Origin: Balamuthia mandrillaris
Lineage: Eukaryota
Direction of reading: 5' to 3'
Length of the DNA stretch: 64,000 nucleotides
NCBI GenBank assembly: GCA_031835245.2
Contig: JAVKOQ020000108.1
Location: forward strand, 1 to 64,000
Shown here: positions 36,466 to 49,177 of the stretch, one piece after another
Numbering within the stretch: the first letter of the stretch is position 1
Layout of the letters: every line of letters begins with the position of its first letter
Notes under the pieces: generated by a model
Seen by the model: only the letters and a program-made list of their open reading frames with translations
Databases searched by the model: none
What the model was told of the DNA's origin: nothing
Made by a program: the position numbers and the translations under genes

Positions 36466-39400
36466 CTACTTGGAGTATTTGTCCTCTTTCAACAACTTAA
36501 TAATGTCCTTGAATGAGGGTCTGGTGTTTGAAAAAAAAAATACAAAGTGTTGTTGGTAAGGTTGGAAAGAAAGATTCAAACACAAAACAAATAAAAAAGG
36601 GAGTGAAAGATAACCAACCTTTCTGCTGGCTCCTGCTGAAAACACTGTGCAGCAATTGTTTGTAATACTTGAGGCGCGTTCTCGCTAAACGTCAATGCTT
36701 CTCCTATTTTTTGAATGTATATTCGGGTTTAAGTGAGAGAATGAAGAAGAAGAAGCAAAAGAAGAAGCGAAGAAGAAGAAGAATGAGATATAGGTTCAAA
36801 CCATCAAGCACAGCGGCAACCACTTGTTCGTTGGATAAACCAGGATAGGGAGTTTGTCCAAAGTTTACAATCTCCCACAACAGCACTCCATAACCTTTTA
36901 TTGCGACAAATTCAAAGGAGAACGAAGCTTAGAAAAAGCTTTGGCGGAACTTCCAACCAAGAATGAAAGAAGAAAGACACGAGACAAAAGGGAGCAGGGA
37001 TGATAGAATGAGAGAGTGGAAAAAATAAAGCACATACTCCAAACGTCAGACTTTTTATCAAAGGTCCTCTTGGCAAAGTATTCAGGTGGTGTCCAACGGA
37101 CTGGAATAGATTCAGCTCTCTCCTCGTCGCTCTCCAATGTTGACAACCCAAAGTCTAACCGATGGTCATGTGAAACTGTCATTAGTTAAAAGGCCACAAG
37201 GAAGAATAAAATAGAATGAACACCAAACCAGAAACTTTGACGGAATGGTCACGAGTGAGAAGTATATTTCTGGCAGCCAAGTCTCGATGCACGAGGTCCT
37301 CCGAATGCAAGTGGTGCATGCCCGCAGCTACCTCTCTTGCTATTCTTACCGCCATTCTCTTGAACTCTTCCTCACCGAGCTCTTTGTTTTGCTTTTTGAG
37401 GTTTTGGAGGAAATGGAGAAGATTGCCGGCGGCCAAGAACTCGGTGACCAAACACCAGGGCGTTCCTTCTTCCATCGACACTCCAAAGAGCTGAGTAACA
37501 TTCGTATGTGGTCTCAAGTTTCTAAGATATTTGAATGCGTCATAATAAGCGAACCACAAGAGAATGAGAAGGAGAGAGACTGGGATAAAGAGAATATGAA
37601 ACGCACTTCATGATGTCGCTTTCAGCCTTGAAGTTTGCTTTGGAGGTTTCCGAGTCCATGATAGAGTTGAACTAAAGAAGAATGTTTTTTTAAACAAAAG
37701 GTTACAAAACAAATAGGTGGAGAATAAATAAATTCCTATGAAAGAATAACCCAACCATTTTGATGGCAACAGTCGTTTCTCTCCAGGTTCCTCTCCACAC
37801 CGTTCCAGAACATCTGCGAAAATACCGTGTGAGGTTTGTGTTCCTGCCACATAGATAGAGAGTGGAACGAAAGATATACCCTTGTCCAATCTGTTCATCG
37901 AACTCCAATTCTGAGAATGGAATCTCCCATTGCGTCTTTCCTTTCTTTGTCCCTTTGTCTTGTCTTTTCTCCTTGGTTGAGTCGAGCTTCGTGCCGGTAA
38001 GCTCATTGCCAGCGACGTACAGGTCGGTGGAAGCCTGTTCATTGGAAGTCATGGCTTTATGTCTTTGTCGCAGACTGCTTTGCTTCTTCCTGCGAAGGAT
38101 GACAAACAAGACCACAAGGGCCACAAGCAAAAGCAGCAAGGGCAGACCAAGTCCCAACGCAAGACCGACGGGGAGCGCAATATCGTCCTCGTTGGTGTCC
38201 TCATTTTTGTTGCCTCCATCACCGCTGCCGCTGGAAGAATCGTCAGGTGGAATAATATCATCATCATCCACTGCATCCACTGTCATTGATGCATTTGCAA
38301 CGAATAAAGAAAGGAAATAAGCAACAACAATAAAGAAAGCAAGCAAGAGAGCACACAACAAAGTAATAAAAATGCAAGCATACCGTGAATAAAACTCAAT
38401 GTTTGTTTCCAAACAGGATTGGAGATGCTGTTCAAGAACGTGGAGCTGCAGTTCACCGTCATTCCCACTTCTCTCAACCTATCGTCCACCTTGGCCACCA
38501 TTTCTCTTGTGCTAGCCACTTCGTTTTGCATGTCCTCAAACCCGCATTTCAACAACCGAGAATTGGAGGCAGGTTGATAGCCGTAATCATCACATGCAGC
38601 AGAAGTGGCGTTGCCTGGCGAGGAGGCAGAAAGAGACACAAAGGTCATCAAGACGGAATCGCTCCCAGAGAGCTCTATCCAACAGGAGATGTTTCTTGCG
38701 TAATGAGCGGCGGCGCTTCTAAAGTCGAGGCTAAAGAGAAGAGCATCGTCAAAGACGAACTGGCCTTGCTTGGTTGTGCCCAGATTGTCTTCCACCCACA
38801 TGCCCTAAGAAGGTAGACACTTTAGACTATCATCACTGAAATAACATGAACAAAAGATGGAAATGTACCTGTCGTTTCACCTCGCTGACCTGCTTGGCGT
38901 TGACAACCGACACACCCACGTCTACGCTCTCCAATTCTTCCACCACAATCATACTCCTTTGCCGCTTCGGTAAAGTCTCTCCATCTTCATCTTCACAACT
39001 GAGTTCCACGTCGAAGGAAGGAGTGCCTCTCAAACTCTCTTTGGCTGAAACCGAGATAGCGGGATGAAGTTCGGTCTCTCCTCCCACATCCCTCACGCAA
39101 GTCACTTTGAATGAATTGTCAGACGTAGAGGAGGATGCTTCGCAATCTCCAGCATCGGCATTGCTGTCATCAAGGCGAAGTGCAGCGGTGGAGAAGGACC
39201 AGATGCAGGTGGTGGAAAGAGAGACGGAGGGCCCGCTGTTGGAAAGAGTGGAAGTGAAGCTGAAGGGCTCCGTCATCGTCATCACATTGTCTTCAATATC
39301 TAGTCGTGGAAAACAGATGAGTTCAAAACAACACATAGAAAGGGAGAACGCAAACAAACCAGGGAAGGAGGAGGTCAAAGACCAAGATGGCGCAGCAACA

Positions 39401-40635
39401 AAGTTCTTCAAGGCCGTGGGAGGAGTGGATTGACTCCCTGTGGCCGAGCATTGGTCCACCGTCACAGAGAGGGTGCCCCTGAAGTCCGCTGGTGGCATCA
39501 TGCTCCATTGCACGTTTCCTGTTCCAACCCAATCGTATGTTCTTCAGAGTTCGAACAGACGAAGCAACGAAGATAAAGAAGAAGGAAGAAGAAGAACGAA
39601 GAGAAGGAGAGGAGATGATGAAGAACAAGAAGAAGAACAAGAAGAAGAACAAGAAGAAGAACAAGAAGAAGAAGAAGAAGAAGAAGAAGAAGAAGAAGAA
39701 GAAGAAGAACAAGAAGAAGAAGCGGCAGAAGAATGGTGAACAAGGAGAATGAAGCAACAAACCAGAGGAGGAGGGTGAAATATCCGAGGCAAAACTGCAC
39801 ACCCACTTCAGGCTTCCATCCGCCACACAGCTCGTTCCCTCGGGGTCTTCCAGCCACCCGCCATTGCCCTCCAACGCCATTCTCACTCTGCATTGAGCAT
39901 TCCTGGCGTTGGAAGGACCGCTGTTGCTCAGCCGGAACTGGAAAATGAACTCCTCCCCTGGCACCAAGGACTGCTCTCCTCCGATGACCACCACGGAGGG
40001 GGCAATGGAGGTCACAGCAGCTCCCGTGGTGAATGACCCCGTGGCTTCTGCGTCCTTTTGCTCTGGGTCGTAGTAAGCGGTGTACAGCCACAGCTGTCCG
40101 GTCACCGAGATGGATTGCTGAAAGCGGTCAGCGGGAACGGTGAAGCTGGAGCGGATGGTGGCGTCGGGGACGGCGGTGGCAAAGTCCACCGTGGTTCTGT
40201 ACCAGCACTCTTGCCCAGCTGTGTTGACATCGCAGGGAGGCCAAGTGGGCCACGTCCCAAAGTTAACGCAAGGGCAGTACCACCCCGCGGCCGAGGTGGA
40301 TGCTGAGTTTGTTTGTTTCGACGTGGAGTAAGAAGACAAAGCAAAGGAAAGTAACAATAAAGAGAAGGGAAGAGAGAGGGAGAAGGAAACATACAATAGA
40401 GAGGGCCATAAACGGAAGTACCAGCCTCAAAACGAAGGCCAGAGCCTCCACCGCTGAAGGATCCCACCGTCAAAGAATGGTCCTTGACACGCCACACCAA
40501 CTGGACATTACTGCCCGGAGTGGCGGTGGTCGGCTCCACCCCAATGAAAGTCAAGCCGCCCTCCGTCGGCAAAACAAGAACATGAAGCAGAAGAGGAAGA
40601 AGAAGAAGCGGAGGACGTGGAATACGCATGCGCAT
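36466..40635 (-). CDS. Receptor tyrosine kinase, paralog 1 (signal peptide, Cys-rich plus DUF11-like ectodomain, TM, kinase)
   Basis: LALGLGLPLLLLLVALVVLFVILRRKK TM segment; [49 protein letters not shown]. Confidence 0.9.
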
Positions 40636-41000
40636 CGTTATATATTTTGTATTTTTTGTTGTTGTTAACACCTTTCTAGACACAAAGGGAGGGGTCCCCT
40701 TGGTCCAACCTTCCGAACCAAAACAAATAAGCACACAAAGGCCTGACCCGAACAAAGAAGAGCCGAGCCGGTTAGCGGGACTGGCGACAACTTATATTAC
40801 AGCACTTTATTACAGATCGAAAGTAGCTAATTAACAAGGAATATGTCCGTTTCAAGCAAAGTGACCAGCAGAAGCTCCGAGCTTTTGGAAACCTTTCGTG
40901 GCGGGTGCAAACCTTCCGGGTGACTCTTGAAAACGAAAAGGAGGAGCGAAAAAGATGCGTTCAGTTGGGTATTTATTGTTAAGTCCAACGCTGTCTTTGC

Positions 41001-43408
41001 TCAGGAGGCAAACAAGATCTTACCCCACATGTTTGGTTTCTTGTCAGACAATGAAGCAGAAGTGGAAGCGGAATCTTCAGATGAAGAGGAGTCACCAAAA
41101 GACGATGAAGAAGAAGAAGAAGAGGGAGGAATCCAGTCATCGTCATCCACTGCATCCACTGTTGTAGCAAAAGGACAAACAGAAAGCCAGAGAGGCAAGT
41201 TAGGGTGCAGAATAGATGGAGAAGAAGTAGGAAAGGCAAGTGTACCATGAATCAACCTCACAGGTTGGCTCCAAACAGGATTGGAGATGCTGTTTGGGAA
41301 GGTGGAGCTGCAGATCACGCTCACTGTTACTTCTCTCAGCCTCTCGTCGACGGTGGCAACCATCACTCTTGTGGAAGGTTCATCGTTTCGCATGTCCTCA
41401 AAGCTGCAATCCCACAAACGAGATTTGGAGGGTGAGTCAAAGCCGTTATCCCTACATGAAGCTGCGGACGAATGAGGAACAAAGGTCATCAACACGCCAT
41501 CACTCCCAAGGAGTTGGACCTGGCAGGATATGTTGCGAGCATAATGGGCACCAGCGCTGCTGAAGTCCAGCCGGAATAGAATGGCAGCATCAAAGACGGA
41601 CTGGCCTTGCTTGGTCGTACCAAGATCATCTTCTACGTACTCATTCTGTAAGGTCAACAATAAAGAAAAAAAACGTAAGTTCAAAGTACATAAGCAAGAA
41701 AAAGCAAAACAAGAACGTTACCGCGTCGGCGTCGTGCTGGGCATTTACCACCAAGAGATCCACATCTACACCCTCCAATTCTTCCACCACAATCAAACTC
41801 CTTTGCCGCTTTGGCAGCTTCCCTCCGCCTTCGTCTTCACAACTGAGTTCCACATCGAAGGAAGGCGTACCTCTCAAACTCTCTTTGGCTGAAACCGTGA
41901 TAGTAGGATGAAACTCCATCTCGCCACCCACATCCCTCACGCAGGTCACTTGCAAAGAATTGTCAGACGTGGAGATAGCTGCTTCGCAATCTCCGGCGTC
42001 ATCATTGCTTCCATCAAAACTAAGAGCAGCGGTGGAGAAGGCCCAGATGCAGGTGGTGGAGAGAGAGACGGAGGGCCCGCTGTTGGAAAGAGTGGAAGTG
42101 AAGACAAAAGGAACGGTCATCGTCATCACATTTTCTTCGGTGTCTGTTTTGGTAAGATTGCAATCAGCTCCACTGACACTAAAGCAAGGACAATGAAAAG
42201 GACAAACCAGGGAAGGAGGTTGTCAAAGACCAAGATGGCGCAGCAACAAAGTTCTTCAAGGCCGTGGGAGGAGTGGATTGACTTCCGGTGGCCGAGCATT
42301 GGTCCACCGTCACAGAGAGGGTGCCCCTGAAGTCCGCTGGTGGCATCATGCTCCATTGCACGTTTCCTGTTCAACCCCAATCGTACATTCTTCAGACGAA
42401 GCAACGAAGAAAAAGAAGAAGGAAGGAGAAGAACGAAGAAGAAGGAGAGGAGGGGATGGAGAAGAATGAAGAATGAAGAGGAAGAAGAAGAAGCGGAAGA
42501 AGAATGGTGAACAAGGAGAATGAAGCACAAACCAGAGGAGGAGGGTGAAATATCCGAGGCAAAACTGCACACCCACTTCAGGCTTCCATCCGCCACACAG
42601 CTCGTTCCCTCGGGGTCTTCCAGCCACCCGCCATTGCCCTCCAACGCCATTCTCACTCTGCATTGAGCATTCCTGGCGTTGGAAGGACCGCTGTTGCTCA
42701 GCCGGAACTGGAAAATGAACTCCTCCCCTGGCACCAAGGACTGCTCTCCTCCGATGACCACCACGGAGGGGGCAATGGAGGTCACGGCAGCTCCCGTGGT
42801 GAATGACCCCGTGGCTTCTGCGTCCTTTTGCTCTGGGTCGTAGTAAGCGGTGTACAGCCACAGCTGTCCGGTCACCGAGATGGATTGCTGAAAGCGGTCA
42901 GCAGGAACGGTGAAGCTGGAGCGGATGGTGGCGTCGGGGACGGCGGTGGCAAAGTCCACCGTGGTTCTGTACCAGCACTCTTGCCCAGCTGTGTTGACGT
43001 TGCAGGGAGGCCAGGAGGGCCATGTCCCAAAGTTGACGCAAGGGCAGTACCACCCTGCGGCCGAGGTGGATGCTTTTTCCATTGCAAACAAGTGGTTGAC
43101 TCAGTAAACGAAATGAAAGATAGCGGAAGAGGTTAGAGACACTTACAAAAGAGAGAACCGGAAACGGAAGTCCCAGCTTCAAAACGAAGGCCAGAGCCTC
43201 CACCGCTGAAGGATCCCACCGTCAAAGAATGGTCCTGCACTCGCCACACCAACTGAACGTTACTGCCCGGAGTGATGGGGGCGGACGGCTCTACTCCCAC
43301 AAATGTCAAACCGCCCTCCGTCGGATGGAATGGAAGCATGGCAAGATGAGCCAGAAGCAGAAACGTCAACATCGAAACAACTCGTTGGAAAGCAGAAGAA
43401 GATGCCAT
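41001..43408 (-). CDS. Ectodomain-only paralog 2 (no TM or kinase)
   Basis: Signal peptide and all ectodomain exons are present; the frame ends at KKPNMWGKILFAS* directly after the Ser-rich stalk. Confidence 0.75.
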
Positions 43409-43925
43409 GTTTGTTTGTTGTTTGTTTGTTTTTGTGGCTGGTTAGCGAAAGAAGCGAAAAACGTTGGCTGTGGAGGTTAAAACAAACTAGAACAAGATAC
43501 AAACCCATAGTGCTGTTTATTATAGGTTGACCAGCAGATCGGCGTTACAAGGGCATTATCCATTTTAAGGGCTTGCTTGGCGGAGGCGTTGGTTGGATAA
43601 AAGGAGGGTTTTAAGATAAACCACTCGCGTCCTCTGCATGCAGAACCGAGATAGTCCCGTTGGGGACAGTTCCGGTGCTCGTTCCTCGCGGTTACTTCTT
43701 TTTTTTTCTCTCTCTTCTCTCTTTCTGATTGTTTCTCCGAAGCAAACGCATATCAGTCGCGACTCCGCGGACAAGTGTTGCTTGCGTTTGGCCGCAGGCG
43801 TTCTTCTTCTCTTCCTAGCTCTCTTTGAAGAAAAGAAAAGAAATCGGAGAAGAAACTATAAAGTGGATGTATTTACAATTAGGAGTTCTCTCTACAATTC
43901 GTTTGTACTGTTGTGGTCTGTCGTT

Positions 43926-46900
43926 TCAACAGGTGGAGTAGTTGTCTTCTTTCAACATCAGGATAATGTCTTTGAATGATGGTCTGTTGGTGGGAACGTG
44001 AGAAGGAGAAAGAAAGAGAGTTAAGAGGAGAGAGAGAGAGAGACGGAAGAGAAGGCGGAGGGAGAGAAGCTGTTTAAAACTGCTCAATATCTAAAAAGCA
44101 AAGAAATATACCGTTGTTTGGGGTCAAACTGGAAACACTGAGCAGCAATCGTTCGCAACACCTCTGGAACATTCTCGTTCATCTCCAACACTTTGCCTGT
44201 AGAGTTTTGTTGGTTTTAGTATGTTGAGTCTAGAATGTTGCTCACAACGAACGAGAATACAGGCAAAACAAAAAGGAACAAACCAGCCAGAATAGCATCG
44301 ACGACATTTTCGCTGGTCAGGTTGGAGTATGGTGTTTGCCCAAAGTTAACTATCTCCCACAACAACACTCCATAACCTGTGCAACAAAGTTGAGTCAGAG
44401 GGAAGAAGAACATGGAAAAAAAGAACGTGATAAACAAAGAGAAAGAAGGAAGGAAAAGAACGTACTCCAAACGTCTGATTTTTTATCAAAGATTCTCTTG
44501 GCAAAGTACTCCGGTGGGGTCCAACGAACGGGAATGGCATGAGCCTTCTCTTCGTCGCTCTCCAACGTTGACAACCCAAAATCTACAAAACAAAATGAAT
44601 AACTAAACACAGAAGGAACGAAAGACCAAAGGACACACAGTGAACCACGAACCAGAAACTTTGATGGAATGGTCACGAGTGAGAAGCACGTTTCTGGCAG
44701 CCAAATCTCGATGCACAATGTTCTCCGAATGCAGGTGGTGCATGCCGGTGGCGATCTCTCTTGCCATTCTCACCGCCATTCTTTTGAACTCTTCCTCATC
44801 AAGTTCGTTCGGTTTGAGGTTTTGGAGAAAGCAAAGGAGATTGCCAGCGGCCAAGAACTCGGTGACCAAACACCAGGGCGTTCCTTCTTCCATCGACACT
44901 CCGAACAATTGTATTACATTCGTGTGTGGTCTCAAATTCCTGATAACTGTGTTAATAAACAATATTAAAGCACAGGAGTGGAAGACGACGGTGAAAGAAA
45001 CGCACTTCATGATGTCGCTTTCGGCTTTGAAGTTGGCTTTGGAGGTTTCCGAGTCCATTATAGAGTTGAACTAAACCGAAAGTGAAAAAAAGAAAGGATT
45101 ATAAGAAGTTTGAAGCGACGACATGAAAAAAGATGTTTACCATTTTGATAGCAACAGTCGTTTCTCTCCATGTTCCTTTCCATACTGTTCCAAAACAGCT
45201 ACAAGTAAAAAGAAATAATTAAGGATTAAACGACGAACAGAAGAAAGAGCGAAGCAGAGAAACCTAGTAGAAGAGAGAACGGAGAAGAGCATTACCCTTG
45301 GCCAATCTGTTCGTCAAATTCCAGCTCTGAGAATGGGATCTCCCATTGCATTCTCCCTTCTCCATTCTTCGATCCTTCTGCCTTTTCCTTCTCGCGCTTC
45401 TGTTTCCTTGCCTTTTGCTTCACGACAGCCAGTTCATCACCAGTCACGTACAGTTCCATAGAGGCTTGTTCGCCGTAGGTCTTTGATGAGGTCATTTCGT
45501 CATGTCGCTGTTGCAGTCTTCGTTGTTTCTTCCTCTGGAGCACAAAGAACAAAACGAGAAGCGCCAAAAGTAACAGCAAGAGCGGCAATCCAAGCCCGAG
45601 AGCAAGACCTATGGGGAGAGCCATGCGGTTCTGGTCGTTGCTCTCCTCTGTCTCGTTTTTGTTGCCTCCGTGTTCATCAGAGGATGAAGAGGGGGGAATC
45701 AGATCCTCATCCTCCACTGCATCCACTGTTGGTGTACGTTGCGAAACGAATTAAAGAAGGGGTAAAGAGAGGGGAACGAAACAACAAGAAAGAAGAGACA
45801 AGCATTCATACACTAATAACTCATAAACGAAAGAAAAGCAACCAATGTCGTGGAAGGAGTGCCCATACCATGAATAAACCTCAGTGCTTGTTTCCACACG
45901 GGATTGGAGATGCTGTTCAGGAAGCTGGAGCTGCAGTTCACCGTCATCCCCACTTCTCTCAAACGATCATCCACCGTGGCCACCATCTCTCTCTGGCTTG
46001 CCACGTTTTGCAAGTCCGCGAAGCTGCATTCCAAAAACCGCGAATTGGATGAAGGCTGATAGCCAAAGTCTTGGCATGAAGGGGAAGCAGTTCCGTTGGA
46101 ATAGAGAGAAAGAGGCACAAAGGTCATCAAGACGGAATCGCTTCCGGACAGTTCGACCGAACAGGTGATGTTGCGTGCGTAATGAGCGCCAGCGCTGCTA
46201 AAGTCGAGTCTAAAGAGAAGAGCATCGTCAAAGACGAACTGGCCTTGCTTGGTCATGCCCAGATTGTCTTCCGTGTATACGCTCTGGTTTGTGTGATAGG
46301 GTCCCGATAAATAAACAAGCTAAACACAGAAGAAAAGAAACGTACTTGTCGTTTTTTGTCGAGGAGGAGTTTGGCGTTGACAACCAAGACATCCACGTCC
46401 ACACTCTCCAACTCCTCCAAAACCATCAAACTGTTTTGCAGTTTCGGCAGCATCCCTCCTGCTTCATCCGCACAACTGAGCTCCACGTCGAAGGAAGGAG
46501 TTCCTCGCAAACTCTCTTTGGCTGAGATAGAGATGTTTGGGTGAAGCACCGTTCCCCCTCCCTCTACATCTCTCACGCAAGTCACATGGAATGTATTGTC
46601 AGACGTAGAGGAAGATGCTTCACAAACGCCAGCATCGGCATTGCTTCCATCGAAGTGAAGAGCAGCAGTGGAGAAGGACCAGGTGCAGGTGGTGGAGAGA
46701 GAGGCGGAGGGCCCGCTGTTGGAAAGCGTGGAAGTGAAGCTGAAGGGCTCCGTCATCGTCATCACACCTTGTTCAGTATCTAAACACACACAACGTGATA
46801 GATGAGCAAACATCACAACCCAAAACAACGAAACAAATGAGAGAAAGCTGGATTACAAACCAGAGAAGGAGGATGTCAAGGACCAAGAAGGTGCAGCAGG

Positions 46901-47037
46901 AAAGGACTGGGAGGCTGTGGGAGGGGATTGACTCCCCATGGCCGAGCATTGGTCCACTGTGATGGAGAGAGTGCCCCGAAAGTCCGCTGGTGGCGTCATC
47001 CTCCATTGCACGTTTGCTTTTTATGCAAACGCAAGCC

Positions 47038-47079
<42 letters not shown>

Positions 47080-48190
47080 GAAGAAGAACATGGAGAATAC
47101 GATGACGAAGCAACAAACCTGAAGAGGAAGGAGAGATGTCTGAAGCAAAGCGACAAACCCACCGAAGGCTCGCTTTCGCCTCACAGGCAACTCCCTCTGG
47201 CTGTTGCACCCAGTCCGCACTACCACCATCCACCGCCATTCTCACTCGACACCGAGCATCCCTGGCGTTGGAAGGACCGCTGTTGCTCAGCCGGAACTGG
47301 AACACGAACTCTTTTCCTGGCACCAACGACTTTTCTTCTCCGATGACCGCAATAGAAGGAGCAATGGAGATGATAGGAGAGCCCGTTGTGAAGGAGCCAG
47401 TGGCTGTCACATCCAGAAACTCGGGGTCGTAGTGAGCGGTGAAGAGCCACAGCTGTCCGGTGACGGAGACCTCCTGCTCAAAACGGCCGGGCGGCACCTT
47501 GAAGGTGGAACGAAGGATGGCATCAGGAATGTTTTTCTGTGAGGTGGTCGTTCTGAACCAGCACTCTTGCCCGGCCACGTTGACCTGACAGGGAGGCCAG
47601 GAGGGCCAAGGTCCAAAGCCGGTGCAAGGGCAGTACCACCCTGGGCTTTCGGATGTGGCTGTGGCTTTTGGTTTTGATACACATGGAAGAGACGTGACGT
47701 AAGAATACTAAGAACAAAGAGCAGAAGAAGAAGAAGAAGAAGAAGAAGAAGAAGAAGAAGAAGAAGAAGAAGAAGAAGAAGAAGAAGAAGAAGAAGAAGA
47801 AGAAGAAGAACAAGAAGAAGAAGAAGAAGAAGAAGAACGAAGAAACATGAACAACGAAGCAGAAGAACCAGAGAAAAAAAGAGGGACGAATGGTAAGGCA
47901 AGGCACATACAAAAGAGCAGGTCAGAAACCGAAGTGTCAGCCACGAAGCGAACGCCAGAGCTGCCGCCGCTGAGGCTGCGAGGCGAAGTCAAGTTGTGGT
48001 CCACCAGCCGCCAAATCAGCTTGACGGTCCGCCCTGGCGTGGCAAAGGGAGGGTCGGTGCGGACAAAGGTCAAAGCGGCCTCCGCGGTGGGCGGAAAAGC
48101 GGCGAGAAGAAGCTGGAGAAGAAGAAGAAGGAAAAGGAAGGAACGGTGAGGAAGGAACAAGCGAAAGCATAACGATGACATCTTTGGCAT
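43926..48190 (-). CDS. Receptor tyrosine kinase, paralog 3
   Basis: Same exon series; HRDLAARNVLL and IPVRWTPPE; ends KEDNYSTC*. Confidence 0.9.
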
Positions 48191-49177
48191 CGAGATGGGG
48201 AAACGAAAGCAAAATATTTGTTTGTGAAGAAGGAAGGAACACAAATAGAAAAAAACAAAAGAACCACACAGAACCAAAACAAACAGCAACAAAGCAATAA
48301 ATAAATAAAATACCTATTGGCTCGTCTGAAGCGTCGCGTGTAATAAAATATATGCATAGATAGGCATGGCGATGGTGGTGCAGGGGGGAAGGAGTCCTGC
48401 TTTGGCCAAATACGCCCGTAAAAACCGAAACAATGCAGGGCTTCAAACGGCTCTTTTCGATGGTTGTGTTGATGTCGTTGCGGTTGTGCTGTTTCCTTTT
48501 CTTTTTGTTTTTTAATTGCTTTTGTGTCTCTTTTGTATATTAGTAATATAGAGCCAATTCTCTCCTCAAACACCGATAAATGACAGTCACGTGGCCTCGA
48601 GCTCATGTAGAGTGTGTAGTGCAACCCAACGAGAATGGGCGTGAGCGAGAGGGCAAGAGAGGCAGCGAAAACGTGCGCCACTGTTAGAAAATAAAACACC
48701 GCGTGGGTGACCTCCAAGTGGAAGTGAAAGAAATGTCTGCAGCACTAAAGTTGGCTTTCAACACCAAAGCGTCTCTTATGGAGTGGACGTGGGGATGGAG
48801 ACTCCTGGAGAGAGCACGGTAAGGAAGAGGGGGATTCACTGGATTCAGTTGTTGATTTCATGACGTCACGAAAGTTTATCTGTCATGTCGTCCTGTAATC
48901 AACTGCTTACGTAAGCCATTGCAGAAACAGGTGACTGGCTTCCAAACCAACATTCATTTTTATAGGTTTGGTTTGAATGTAGCCTGGTCGGAATTTTTTT
49001 AAAAAATATATATACAAGGTGGTCTGGTTGCTTATAAAAATGTTGCGACCATCGCCATCACGTTCCTCCGTTCCATTTTGTTTTCGTTCGAAAAAAAAAA
49101 TAGTAAACAAACGATTAACTGCAGCTGTTTCTGGTTCGGCTAAGCCTTCTCTGACCTATCCACCACCACCCGGCAGG

